From NCBI GenBank assembly GCA_963721365.1, contig CAVRJE010000016.1, positions 6,701-70,700 on the forward strand: a DNA stretch of 64,000 nt, written 5' to 3'. Made by a program: the position numbers and the translations under genes. Of the stretch, positions 31,979-43,486 are shown in pieces. The notes under the pieces were generated by a model. That model was not told the DNA's origin and did not search any database. It was given only the letters and a program-made list of their open reading frames with translations. This DNA comes from an uncultured Actinomycetota bacterium (lineage in GTDB: Bacteria; Actinomycetota; Thermoleophilia; RBG-16-64-13). The stretch's first letter is position 1. Each line of letters starts with the position of its first letter.

Positions 31979-32877
31979 GACCGGCCGCGGACCACAGGGC
32001 GGCTTTCATGGCCGCCGCTTCGTCCCGTGCGGCATCGAGCCAGTGCCGCCCGGGCGCCTTCCGGTACGCGTACAAGATGGCGCGGGCCGAATTGACCACC
32101 GCTCCCGTCCCGTCGGCATCGAAGAGAGCGAGCCAGGTCACCGGCCGTAGCGCCCTGTGCGCCGTAGCCCGGGATAAGGAAGGGCACTCCGCTCAGGCGC
32201 TGACGCAGGCGCGCCCCCTGCTCGGGGTGCGTCCCCCCTACCACGGCGCCGATCGACCGGTATCCTCGAGCCCCTGCCGTCTCCCGGCCCCACGCGTCGA
32301 CCAGTTCCGCGACCCGGGCGTAGACCGGTTCCCCGGAGTCGAGCAGCACATCCTGTATCTCCGCCGAACTTGGGTTAGAGGTCTTCACCAGGACGTACAC
32401 GCCTTTGCCTGCATCCCGGCACCGGCGGAAGAAGGGCTCCAACCCATCGCTCCCGAAGTAAGGGTTGACCGTAACGGCGTCGGCGCCGGCCACGTCGAGA
32501 TGGGCCCGCGCATAGGCTTCCGCTGTGCTGCCGATATCGCCCCGCTTGACGTCGGCGATGACGAGATAGCCGAGGCTTTTTGCCAGGCGGACCATCTCCT
32601 CATACAGAGCGTAGCCCCGTGCTCCAAGGGCCTCGAAGTAGGCGATTTGGATCTTCACGGCGGCCGCTTCAGCCGCGAGGGCGGGCAGCAGCTCCGACAG
32701 GAAGTCGCGATAGCACGCGATCTTCATCTCCGTTTCGTCGGGATACCGTTCCTGAGGATGGGCGGAGAGCAACTCCGGGGGTAGGGACCCGTACTCTGGA
32801 TCGAGCCCCACGGCGACATGGGAACGCTTGTTCTCTATCGCTTCGAGCAGCCGGTCACCGAAATGCCCTTCAGACAC
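31971..32877 (-). pseudogene. pyrF: Orotidine 5'-phosphate decarboxylase (type 2), frame broken as assembled
   Basis: Motifs VGLDP, IADVKRGDIG, TVNPYFG. Removing one base near 32125-32130 restores ...ARLFDADGTGAVVNSARAILYAY... ending at TAG 31971-31973. Confidence 0.85.
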
Positions 32878-32908
32878 TCTCCCTCACCTCGCACCGGCAT
32901 TCGTTAGC

Positions 32909-32939
32909 CAAAAAGAAAGGGGCCGCACTGAGCGGCCCC
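32909..32939 (-). terminator. Rho-independent terminator downstream of HU gene
   Basis: Minus strand: GGGGCCGC-TCAGT-GCGGCCCC (8-bp GC stem) followed by TTTCTTTTT. Confidence 0.8.
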
Positions 32940-32964
32940 CGGTGTACCCTTATTCGCTCCTGGG

Positions 32965-33237
32965 TCACTTGACCGCGGTCTTCAGAGCGATGCCCGCGCT
33001 GAATTTGGGGACTTTGCTGCGGGGGATGTTGATCTTGGCCTTGGTCTGCGGGTTGATCCCCACCCTGGCCTCACGGCTCTGTACGTAGAACTTGCCGAAA
33101 CCAGTGAACTGAACGTCCTCGCCGTTCTTGAGCGATTCCGTGATCACTTCCACGAAGGCATCAACCGTTGCGGCCGCATCCTTCTTGGTAAGACCACTCT
33201 TGGCTGCAAGCTTGTCGACAAACTCAGCCTTGGTCAC
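32965..33237 (-). CDS. hup: HU family DNA-binding protein (short, 90 aa)
   Basis: GTG start at 33237 after SD AGGGAGGG. Sequence TKAEFVDKLA...GFGKF...RVGINPQT is typical HU/IHF. Confidence 0.9.
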   Translation of the reverse strand: MTKAEFVDKLAAKSGLTKKDAAATVDAFVEVITESLKNGEDVQFTGFGKFYVQSREARVGINPQTKAKINIPRSKVPKFSAGIALKTAVK

Positions 33238-33338
33238 AGTAACCCTCCCTTTCGCTCGCCAGTACATGCCAACCTTAGCAAATCCTCGCATGCGCACAAG
33301 AACAATTTAGTGCAAATCGGGGCCAAAAACACAATGTT

Positions 33339-33888
33339 TCAGGGCTTGGGAGCAATGCCGAGCTCAGAAGAGGTGAAAAGCGGGCGGAGCGTGAGCCCGG
33401 CGGCCGCCGCGGCAGCCGCGCCTCCCTCTTGCCGGTCTACCACGCAATAGAGATCCCGCACCTCTAGCCCCGCTTCCCGCAAGGCCTCGGCAGCCATGAT
33501 GGCAGCCCCGCCGGACGTGACGATGTCCTCGATGACCGCCACTCTTTCTCCCGGTTCGAACCGGCCCTCGATCTGCTTGCTCGTCCCATACTCCTTCGAC
33601 TTCTTCCTGACGAGCAACAGCGGGATGCCGAGTTCCAGCGAAAGCCCGGCGCCGAGCACCACCCCGCCCAGTTCGGGTGCGGCCAACCGCTCGTATCGTT
33701 CCCCGGCGGCAAGCTGCTCGCGGACGAGCGCGGCGATCTCGAACACGATGCCTCGCAGCACCCGCGGCTCGGTCTCGAACAGGTACTTGTCAAGATAGTA
33801 CTTGCTTCGTTTGCCGGAGCGCAGGACGAAGTCGCCCTCTAAGTACGCGGTCTCCAACAAGCGATCTGCCCAGCGTCTCTTTGTCCAC
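33339..33888 (-). pseudogene. pyrE: Orotate phosphoribosyltransferase, frame broken in first codons as assembled
   Basis: PRPP motif VAVIEDIVTSGG. The well-placed GTG 33886-33888 (SD GGAGGAAGC) gives MDKETLGRSL, and one extra base near 33862 joins it to LETAYLEGDF. Confidence 0.8.
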
Positions 33889-33896
33889 GCTTCCTC

Positions 33897-35279
33897 CTAC
33901 ACGCCCGACACGGTTATACGCTCCACTGCAAAGGACGGGGTGCAGACGCTTCCGTAGAGCGGGATCCACCGCGCATCTCCAGCCACGTCGCTCACGGATT
34001 CCAGGAACGAGATGAAGTCGGTAGCGACCGTCACCTCACGGACCGGGCGACCCAGCGAGCCGTTCTCGATGAGCCGTCCGGTGACGCCGACCGAGATCTC
34101 GCCGCTGATGACGTTCACTCCGGAATGAAGACCGGCCGCGTTCTCCACGTAGAGCCCTGTGCCCACCCGGCCGAGCAGATCTTCAAGAGTACCCGTGCCC
34201 GGAGCGAGGACCAGGTTGCTGGCCGCCACCCGAGGGGCCGAACGGTACGATCCTCGCTCCGCGTTGCCTGTGGAAACAAAGCCTTCTCCGGCTTTGCGGG
34301 CCGTATAGCTGCTGTGTAAATACGCCTGCACGACGCCTGCTTGTAGCAGCGCGGTGCGCTGCCGCGGCACGCCCTCCCCGTCGAATGGGTTCGTCGCCAT
34401 GCCACCGGGGGCGAGACCATCGTCGACGAGCGTCGCGAGCATGGAGCCCACGGTCTGCCCCAACTTACCGGAGAACGGCGAGCGCCCCTTCTGTACGGCG
34501 TCGGCGCTCAGCCCCTGGGCGATGTACGAGAGAAGCGCGGAGCCCACCTCGTGCGCCAAGACGACGGTGTAGCTCCCGGTGCTACAGGGCCGCGCACCCA
34601 GGAGGGCCGCGGCCTTCTCGCCGGCCTCGGCCCCGGCCGCTTCCGCGTCCAGTTCCCCGGGGTCCCGAGCCACGCTGAAACCCAGGCCGGATTGACGGTC
34701 TGCGTCGCGCCCGGCAAGGGCTTGGGCATAGACGAAGCAGAAGGAGTGCTCGGCCTCCGCTTCCACCCCGATGGTCGAGCAGATGGCGATGCGGCTCTCC
34801 TCGTCCGAATACACACTCTCCTCGATGGTGTCGACCTCGGAGCATGCCAGCGCGCGTCGCTCCACGGCGAGAGCCAATGCCACCTTGTCTTCGAGACTCA
34901 TCTGCCCCACGCCGGGGCGCCAGAGACCCGGGATCGACGGGTAGGCGGCCGCCCGAGCAGGAAGACTCGCATACGGGTCGGGGTCGGTGACCCCGACATT
35001 CGCTACGGCTCCGGCCAGGACCGCGTCCAGACCGGCGTCGGAGAGATCCGCCGTGAAGGCGTAGCCCGCCTGTCCCTTCTTGATCGCCCTGACCCCCAGC
35101 CCTCGGGGCTGTGCGACCGCGATGGACTCCACTTCGCCGCCATAGACCTTTATGGCGGCCGTGCGCCCGGCCTGGGAGTACATCTCCAGGTCGGCCCCCA
35201 GACGGCGTCCCCGGTCAAGCGCCCGGCGGGCGATCTGCAGAGGCGATGCTTCGCCGCTCATGCCACGGGAGGGATTCAT
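33897..35279 (-). CDS. pmbA: PmbA/TldE metalloprotease-family protein
   Basis: 460-aa PmbA_TldD family protein without the HExxxH motif, immediately downstream of tldD. Confidence 0.85.
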   Translation of the reverse strand: MNPSRGMSGEASPLQIARRALDRGRRLGADLEMYSQAGRTAAIKVYGGEVESIAVAQPRGLGVRAIKKGQAGYAFTADLSDAGLDAVLAGAVANVGVTDPDPYASLPARAAAYPSIPGLWRPGVGQMSLEDKVALALAVERRALACSEVDTIEESVYSDEESRIAICSTIGVEAEAEHSFCFVYAQALAGRDADRQSGLGFSVARDPGELDAEAAGAEAGEKAAALLGARPCSTGSYTVVLAHEVGSALLSYIAQGLSADAVQKGRSPFSGKLGQTVGSMLATLVDDGLAPGGMATNPFDGEGVPRQRTALLQAGVVQAYLHSSYTARKAGEGFVSTGNAERGSYRSAPRVAASNLVLAPGTGTLEDLLGRVGTGLYVENAAGLHSGVNVISGEISVGVTGRLIENGSLGRPVREVTVATDFISFLESVSDVAGDARWIPLYGSVCTPSFAVERITVSGV

Positions 35280-36706
35280 GCCAGGCTCGTGCCCCCCACC
35301 GTCAGTTCGCGGATGCGCAGGGTGGGCTGGCCACTGCCCACGGAGACATGTTGACCTTCCTTGCCGCAGGTGCCGGGCTTGATATCCAGGTCGTCAGCGA
35401 TGGCGTCGATATTGAGAAGAACATCCACGCCGCTGCCGATGAGGGTGGCGCCGCGTACCGGGGTAGTGATCCTGCCGCCCTCGATGAGGTATCCCTCCGC
35501 CACGCCGAACACAAAGTCGCCGGTGGCCGGATTGACCTCTCCCCCGGAAAGCGACTTCGCGTACAGGGCCCGAGGGGTGTCGGCGATGATCTGCTCAGGC
35601 GAGTATTCTCCGGGGCCGAAGTACGTGTTGGTCATTCTTGGGTAAGGGATATGGCGGTAGTCCTGCCGCCTGCCGTTGCCCGTCAACGGCAATCCGAGGT
35701 GCTCCCCGCGAAGCCGGTCGGTAAGGTAACCCGTGAGGATACCGGCCTCGATCACCGTGGTGCGCCGGCACGGCACCCCTTCGTCGTCGCAGCGCGCACT
35801 ACCCCACATCCCCTCGCCGACTCCGTCGTCGAACGCGAACACGTGCTCGCCCGCCACCCGCTGCCCTTTCTTGCCCTCCCACACGCTGGTCTTCTTGAGA
35901 ATGTAGTCCGCCTCCAGCCCGTGTCCGCAGGCCTCGTGGAACAACACCCCGCCAAAACCGTTCGCCAGGACAACCGGCATGCGGCCCGCCGGTGCCGGGA
36001 CCGAATCGAGCATGATGAGCGCCTTCTGGGCGGCGGTCGACGCCAGGGCAGCGACGGCCTCTTCCTGGAAGTCTTCAAGGCTCCCCTGCACGGCGAGCGT
36101 CTCCCTGCCCACCTGGAGAAGCGCTCCCCGTTGGGCCATGACACTGACGGCGACCATCTTCCGGATGCGCTCGTCGGAGTTCCACGAACCGTCGGAGGCT
36201 GCTATCCATACCCGCTGCCTCGACTCGCCGTAGACCGCGACGACCTGGCGGACTTCTCCGGAAAGTCCTCGGGCCGTCTCGTCGGCCAGACGAAGCAAGG
36301 CCGCGTTCCCGAAGACCCGCTCCCGAGCCGAGGGACTTCCGGCGGCCGTCCCCTGGGGCTCGCCGGCAGACAGTGGCCGCGCGCCATCCGGCCGCACGGT
36401 GTCGCGCTTGCCGGCCTGCTGGGAGGGCGAGCGTCCGAGTTCTTGGGCAAGGCCGAGGAGAGATGGCTCGTCCGCCGCGTCCACATACCCGAAGTCGGTA
36501 GACAGACCGCGGATGACCCGAACCGAACCGCCCCGATCTACCCCGGACACCGCCTCCTCGATCTTGCCGTCCTCAAGGCGAAGAGAAAGGGACGCCCGGT
36601 CCTCCACAAAAACCTCGGCGCGTTGCGCACCGCCCCGCATGGCCGTCTTGACGACGGCTTCGAGCATCCCAGGATCAGGCCCGGTGAAATCGCCCCCGTT
36701 CGTCAT
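35276..36706 (-). CDS. tldD: TldD metalloprotease
   Basis: 476 aa with HEACGHGLE zinc motif and 4-nt overlap with pmbA. Confidence 0.9.
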   Translation of the reverse strand: MTNGGDFTGPDPGMLEAVVKTAMRGGAQRAEVFVEDRASLSLRLEDGKIEEAVSGVDRGGSVRVIRGLSTDFGYVDAADEPSLLGLAQELGRSPSQQAGKRDTVRPDGARPLSAGEPQGTAAGSPSARERVFGNAALLRLADETARGLSGEVRQVVAVYGESRQRVWIAASDGSWNSDERIRKMVAVSVMAQRGALLQVGRETLAVQGSLEDFQEEAVAALASTAAQKALIMLDSVPAPAGRMPVVLANGFGGVLFHEACGHGLEADYILKKTSVWEGKKGQRVAGEHVFAFDDGVGEGMWGSARCDDEGVPCRRTTVIEAGILTGYLTDRLRGEHLGLPLTGNGRRQDYRHIPYPRMTNTYFGPGEYSPEQIIADTPRALYAKSLSGGEVNPATGDFVFGVAEGYLIEGGRITTPVRGATLIGSGVDVLLNIDAIADDLDIKPGTCGKEGQHVSVGSGQPTLRIRELTVGGTSLA

Positions 36707-36720
36707 GCCGACGAAATCGG

Positions 36721-36936
36721 TCAGTTCGCAAGCGGACTGTTCGTGAGTATCTCAGTGGCGGCGGCGATGAAGGGCGCCGCTTCGTCGGTGTTGCCGGGGA
36801 AGGCCAGCATGGAACCATCATCGAAGTAGAGCTCCACCTGCGGGCTGCGAGAGCGCACGAACAGGAAGTAGTAGACACCGGCGATGATGCTGCCGACGAG
36901 GGCGAAGATCCCAAAGATCTTGAACAGGCGTTTCAT
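36721..36936 (-). CDS. Small single-TM protein (71 aa)
   Basis: ATG preceded by GGAGAGGAGG. One N-terminal TM helix. Confidence 0.5.
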   Translation of the reverse strand: MKRLFKIFGIFALVGSIIAGVYYFLFVRSRSPQVELYFDDGSMLAFPGNTDEAAPFIAAATEILTNSPLAN

Positions 36937-37333
36937 CTAGGCCTCCTCTCCCTGCTCGATGCTGCGCCGCCGTGCCCGCCGCTTCGCGCGCGTCGCGCAG
37001 GCAGGTCTTGAGATCGTAGAGAGCCAGGCCTACCCGGCTGCCTTTCTTGCCTGTCGCCACCGCGGTCATGCCGTCGGACCCCAGCTCGCGGACGAGGAAC
37101 ACAAGGCCGCCCGGGGTTTCCACCACCAACTGGGTGAGCGGCTGCGAACCCGACTTCTCGGCACTCGCCTGGCCCAGACTCACCAGCTCTTCGGCGCGCG
37201 CGACGGTGACAGAGAGCGCGGGCTCGCTCATGTTGGTCGCCACGACTCCCTCCGACCCGAACACGACCGCCTTGTCTATATCGGTCGAGATATCCAACAT
37301 TTCCGCGAATGCGGCTTCAACCTCTTGCTTCAT
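36937..37333 (-). CDS. Roadblock/LC7-like domain protein (C-terminus uncertain)
   Basis: Length and pattern (DKAVVFGSEGVVA...LVVETPGGLVFLVREL...) resemble Roadblock/MglB. The ORF track runs to 36818 through the next gene. A +1 indel between 36950 and 36990 would end it at TAG 36937-36939, directly before the next ATG. Confidence 0.45.
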
Positions 37334-37403
37334 CAGCGCCTCCGTTCCCAGTGATCGGCAATCCTTCCGCCTTCTGCGCCCAGTTTACCACCGGGTCCGG
37401 ACC

Positions 37404-37432
37404 CTCAAACGAGACGGGGCCGCCGCGGCCCC
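37404..37432 (-). terminator. Possible terminator after groEL
   Basis: Minus strand: GGGGCCG-CGG-CGGCCCC (7-bp GC stem) followed by a weak U-tract GUCUCGUUU. Confidence 0.4.
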
Positions 37433-37509
37433 TGGCGCACCTCCCGGTGCGCCGGCCGTGACGGCCCCGAACGGCGGCGCCTAGCGGCGCCGGCCGGCCG
37501 TTGTCTCTC

Positions 37510-39153
<1,644 letters not shown>

Positions 39154-39205
39154 TTACTTACACTGAGGAACCGACGTCTGGAAAAGCATTGATACTCGAA
39201 GAGGG

Positions 39206-39502
39206 CTACTCTCCCGGCAGCACACCGATGATGTCGGTGAGGCCGCGCAGGACCAGGTAGTCTTCCCCATCAAGCTTGAGCTCGGTGCCCGCGTACTTCG
39301 CGAAGACGACGAGATCGCCCACTTTGACCGGCATGGGGATGAGATCGCCCTTTTCCGAGTATTTGCCCGGACCGACCGCCTCGACGCGCCCTTTGGACGG
39401 CTTCTCTTTGGCCGTGTCCGGAAGGACGATACCAGTCGCGGTCACTTGCTCTTGCTCAATGATCTTAATGACGACTCTGTCCTCGAGTGGCACTAGTTTC
39501 AT
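39206..39502 (-). CDS. groES: Co-chaperonin GroES
   Basis: MKLVPLEDRVVIK..., 98 aa. The ORF track start at 39589 is upstream of the CIRCE-proximal leader. Confidence 0.95.
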   Translation of the reverse strand: MKLVPLEDRVVIKIIEQEQVTATGIVLPDTAKEKPSKGRVEAVGPGKYSEKGDLIPMPVKVGDLVVFAKYAGTELKLDGEDYLVLRGLTDIIGVLPGE

Positions 39503-39582
39503 GCGCAACCCTCCTATCCATCGTGTTGTTGACTCTTGCTCTCTTGTGCCTGGAACAGGCAGTTGAAACCTGTGTCGCAGAA

Positions 39583-39609
39583 TTGGCACTCTAGACCAGC
39601 GAGTGCCAA
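39583..39609. promoter_or_regulatory. CIRCE operator (HrcA binding site)
   Basis: TTGGCACTC-N9-GAGTGCCAA, a perfect 9-bp inverted repeat matching the CIRCE consensus TTAGCACTC-N9-GAGTGCTAA, in the groES leader. Confidence 0.85.
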
Positions 39610-39618
39610 CCGGCGGAT

Positions 39619-39647
39619 ATATTATGCCCAGACCGAGGATTTGTCAA
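39619..39647 (-). promoter_or_regulatory. groES-groEL promoter
   Basis: Minus strand: TTGACA, 17 nt, TAATAT. Confidence 0.65.
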
Positions 39648-39667
39648 ACGTCACGGGAGAGTGCCAA
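39641..39667. promoter_or_regulatory. Second, degenerate CIRCE-like element overlapping the -35
   Basis: TTGTCAAAC-N9-GAGTGCCAA. The right arm is perfect and the left arm matches 6 of 9. Confidence 0.4.
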
Positions 39668-39709
39668 CCGACCGCCGTCTGACTCCGAGGCGGCGGCGGG
39701 AGTCGCCCG

Positions 39710-41225
39710 CTACCGCTCTCCCCCGGGCGCGGTAGACCACCGGCCAAGGGGAAGCGAGGCGGACGCGTCGACGTCGAGGTAGTCCGGGTAGGGCAACCAC
39801 GGCCCCGCAAGTGCGGCCGCCCCGATCATGGCGGCGTTGTCGGTGCAGTAGGCGAACGGCGGGACCACGACGTGCAGCCCGGCGGCTTCTCCCCTCTCGC
39901 GCAACCGGCGTCTGAGGAGCGAGTTCGCCGCCACCCCGCCGGCCGCGCCCAGAGTGCGCGCGCCTTCGCGTTGCGCGGCCTTCACAGACTTGCTCACCAG
40001 AGCCTCGACGATCGCCTCCCGGTACGAGGCGGCCACGTCGGCGGCGCGTTCCACCCGCTGTTCGGCGCTCATGTCCCTGAGCAGGTAGTAGAGTGCCGTC
40101 TTGACGCCCGAGAAGGAGAAGTCGGGCCGAGCCGACCGCTTTAGTCCCACCGGGAACTCGAACGCTTTCGGATCGCCTCTTTCGGCCAGTTCGTCCAGCT
40201 CGCGGCCGCCGGGATAGCCCAAGCCCAGGAGGCGTGCTCCCTTGTCGAAGGCCTCTCCGGCGGCGTCGTCCAGCGTCTGGCCCAGGAGCCTGTAGCTTGT
40301 CCGGTCGTCGACGGCGACAAGCGAGGTGTGTCCGCCCGACGCCACGAGGGTGACCATGGGAAGAGGCGCCTCGCTGTCGGCCAGCCAGACCGCCGCCAGA
40401 TGGCCGTGAAGATGGTTCACCGGGTACAGCGGCAGGCGGCGGGCCCAGGCTATGGCTTTCGCCGTCTGCACCCCAACGAGAAGAGCGCCGATGAGCCCCG
40501 GCCCCACGGTGACGGCCACTCCGCCCAGATCGTCCATGCCCACGCCGGCCTCGTCCAGCGCCTCTCGGACCACGGCGCTCATCCTCTCGACGTGCGCCCT
40601 GCTGGCGACCTCAGGGACCACCCCGCCGTACCGCTCGTGGATGGAATCCTGCGAGTGCACCACGTTCGCGAGCACCTCGCCGGCCGGCGACAGCACCGCC
40701 GCGGCCGAGTCGTCGCAGGAGGATTCGATGGCAAGGAGCGGTCCTCGCGACTCAGGGGGCCCGTCTTCCGCCGGTTCGGCGGTCCCGACCGGGCGCATCA
40801 TCACCAGGGCGTCCTCCCCCGTGTCGGAGTAGTAGCGCTTGCGGGCGCCGACCCTTGAAAAGCCCCACTTGCCGTAGAGGGCGAGCGCCTCCTCGTTCCG
40901 GGGCCGCACCTCCAGGAAGACGGGGCGGCCGGTCGTCATCGGCGGCCCGAACGAACCCACGGAGCAGCCGCTCCGCGACGCCACGCCGGCGCGCCCATGG
41001 CGCGACCGCCACGTCCATCAGATGCCAGGCATCCGGGTAGATGCGCCCGATGAGGAAGCCCGCCACCTCCCCCCGCTCGGTCTCGGCGACTTCGCGCCAG
41101 CTCAGGATCTCCTTGAGCTCTTCCTCGAACATCTCCCGCGTCCAGGGCAGGGAGAACGACTGGCGCTCGATGGCGATCACCGCGTGAACATCGCCCGCGT
41201 GCATCTTCCGGATCTCGATGGCCAT
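39710..41225 (-). pseudogene. tsaD: Fused RimI N-acetyltransferase / tRNA t6A transferase TsaD, one frame break as assembled
   Basis: RimI GNAT domain (MAIEIRKMHAGD..., ...FLEVRPRNEEALALYGKWGF) runs without a stop or start codon into TsaD (LLAIESSCDDSAA..., HLHGH, GGVAAN). A +1 C in a C-run near 40922-40925 splits ORFs 40752-41252 and 39710-40984. Confidence 0.8.
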
Positions 41226-41232
41226 GCGCGTC

Positions 41233-42141
41233 CTACCGGTCCGGGACCGCACCGGCCCACGGGTCCCTCATCTTGGTGATGTGGATGTCGGCGTCGGGGG
41301 AGCGGACGTAGATGGGCTTGACGGCCTCGGGGCTTCCCGGCTCGCCCGTCCGCCACGTCTCGTGTGCGCCGGCGGAGCGACGAGAGAGTAGCGCCTCCGA
41401 TCCAGGGCGCCAGGCGGGACCCCTCTACTGGGCCCGGCTCCCCCAGCCGGCCCTGGCCGGCCAGCAGACGCTCGGCGCTCACCTCGAGCGGCAGCAAGGT
41501 CACGCCCGCCCCCAGTTCGGGCCCGTTCCCCGGAAGCCCGCCGACCTCACCCACGATCAGCGCCCGACGCTCCCCTGCCGCCTTGCCGCCCAGCTGCCGC
41601 CACGTGCGCCGCGAGCGCATCCCGATCGCAGACGGCAAACGGCTCACTCCGCACGTAGAACTCCCTCCCTGCCGCACGGTACACGCCGTAGAACACCTGG
41701 CCTCGGCGCGCGTCGACAACGGGAACTATGAGGTCCGGGGGTTCCCCCTGGTCCCCTTGGTCCAGACGCGACGCCGCGTCGGCGACCAGCGCGCTCAGGG
41801 TGCTCACCCCGATCACCGGGACGGCGAGAGCGAGGGCCAGCGCGCGCGCCGTCGCCACCGCGATCCTCACCCCGGTAAAAGTCCCCGGTCCGATACCGGC
41901 GACTATCGCCGCGATGTCGGCCGGCGCTCCTCCAAGCTCGTGCAGCATGTCGTCCACGCAGGCGCAGAAGCAGGCGGGCCTGCCCCCGGCTATCGATATC
42001 GGTGCGGTGCGCCAACACCTGCCAGCCCTCGGCCGTCCCGCGGCCGGCCCCGGCCGGGGCCGGCGCCTTCGCAGCGACGAGCAGAGCCGTCGTCGAGGCG
42101 TGGGTCGAACCATCCATGGCCAGGACCAGTCCGTCGGTCAT
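41233..42141 (-). pseudogene. tsaB: tRNA t6A protein TsaB (YeaZ), three frame breaks as assembled
   Basis: The pieces MTDGLVLAMDGST..., ...GIGPGTFTGVRIAVATARALA... and the C-terminus ...KPIYVRSPDADIHITK are each in a different frame. Three successive +1 offsets bring the end (TAG 41233-41235) back in frame with the start. Confidence 0.75.
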
Positions 42142-42145
42142 GGTG

Positions 42146-42616
42146 TCACACCGCCTCCCAGCGCTCGCGGGCCTCGTCTGTCATCGCTTCGATCTCGATC
42201 GAACGCTCGTGCAGAGACTCGTGATCCAGGCGAACCCTCCAGGTGGGCGGGCCCAGCCGGCCGATGCCGGCCTGGGGCCACTCCACCAGCGTCACCGCCT
42301 CGCCCCCGACGTACTCCTCGAGGGCGAGGGCGTCATCATCCCCTATCTCGTCCAGACGGTACAGGTCGAGGTGTTGGACGAGCAACTTGCCCGCGTAGAT
42401 ATTGGCCAGCGTGAACGAGGGACTGCGGACGGGGTCGGTGACTTCCAGGGCTTCGGCGATGGCTCTGACGAGCGTCGTCTTGCCGGCGCCGAGGGGCCCG
42501 TAGAGAAGGACGAGGTCGCCTCCTCTAAGCGCTCTCGCCAGCTTGCGGCCGATCCGTCTCAGCTCGCCCAGACCCACACCTTGCCGGCGCAGCACGAGGT
42601 GACCCTCGTCTACCAC
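42146..42616 (-). CDS. tsaE: tRNA t6A ATPase TsaE (YjeE)
   Basis: GTG 42614-42616 overlaps the udg stop. P-loop GPLGAGKTT and SPSFTL motif. Confidence 0.85.
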   Translation of the reverse strand: MVDEGHLVLRRQGVGLGELRRIGRKLARALRGGDLVLLYGPLGAGKTTLVRAIAEALEVTDPVRSPSFTLANIYAGKLLVQHLDLYRLDEIGDDDALALEEYVGGEAVTLVEWPQAGIGRLGPPTWRVRLDHESLHERSIEIEAMTDEARERWEAV

Positions 42617-43296
42617 AGAGGCAGTTGCTCCACCCGGGTCGAAACGCTGCCATGACCCTCGGTCTTGTCGGCCGGACCCTCGTCCGGCCGGGGCGCCAGG
42701 CCGTGAGAGAGGAGGTGCCGCAGTCTGGCGAAGTCCTGTTCGAGAAGCTGACGGTTGGAGGGCGTGTACAGCGCCGCCGCGGGATGGAAGACCGGGAAGA
42801 TGATGAGACTCACTCCCGCGATCTCGCGCTGCTTGGCCTTGCCGTGGATGGCGGTCATGCTCAGCTCGGTATCGGCCAGGAGCTTGGTGGCGAAGCGGCC
42901 GAGGGTGCAGATGACCCGCGGCCTGATGATGGCTATCTGGTTCATGAGGTGCGGGCTGCAGGCCTCGATCTCGTCGGGGGCGGGGTCGCGATTTTCGGGG
43001 GGACGGCACTTGACGACATTGGCGATGTAGACATCACCCCGGGTCAGGCCGATCTGGCCCAAGAGTTCCGTGAGCAGCTTGCCCGCGGCGCCCACGAACG
43101 GCTCGCCCTGCTTGTCCTCGTGAAAGCCAGGGCCCTCGCCCACGAACAGTAATTCGGCGTGCGGGTTTCCCACCCCGAACACCACCTGGGTCCGGCCTTC
43201 GCAGAGCCCGCAGAGACGGCACTCGCGCACCGACTCCGCGAGCGCGCGAAGAGTCTCCGCCCCGCTGTTTACGCCTGTCTCCCTAGTCTCGCCCAT
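42610..43296 (-). CDS. Family 4 uracil-DNA glycosylase
   Basis: Fe-S Cys pattern CRLCGLC and motifs GEGPG...EDKQGEPFVG, VVKCRPP, HPAAAL. Start chosen at MGETRE; the ORF extends to 43359. Confidence 0.85.
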   Translation of the reverse strand: MGETRETGVNSGAETLRALAESVRECRLCGLCEGRTQVVFGVGNPHAELLFVGEGPGFHEDKQGEPFVGAAGKLLTELLGQIGLTRGDVYIANVVKCRPPENRDPAPDEIEACSPHLMNQIAIIRPRVICTLGRFATKLLADTELSMTAIHGKAKQREIAGVSLIIFPVFHPAAALYTPSNRQLLEQDFARLRHLLSHGLAPRPDEGPADKTEGHGSVSTRVEQLPLW

Positions 43297-43486
43297 ACTG
43301 CAGTCAGGGTAGCAGAAGAGACCAGAGCGCGGCGCCGGGATGGCCCGAGGCGCGGGCATCGCCGTTGCCCGGCGTTGGGGAGACTGTTATGCTACCCGGG
43401 CACCGCGCGGGGAGCCGAGCGTCGATCTGCCGCCGGACCGCCTACCTTCGGGAGGCGTAGCCGGCAACGCAGGACCAGGATGAACC

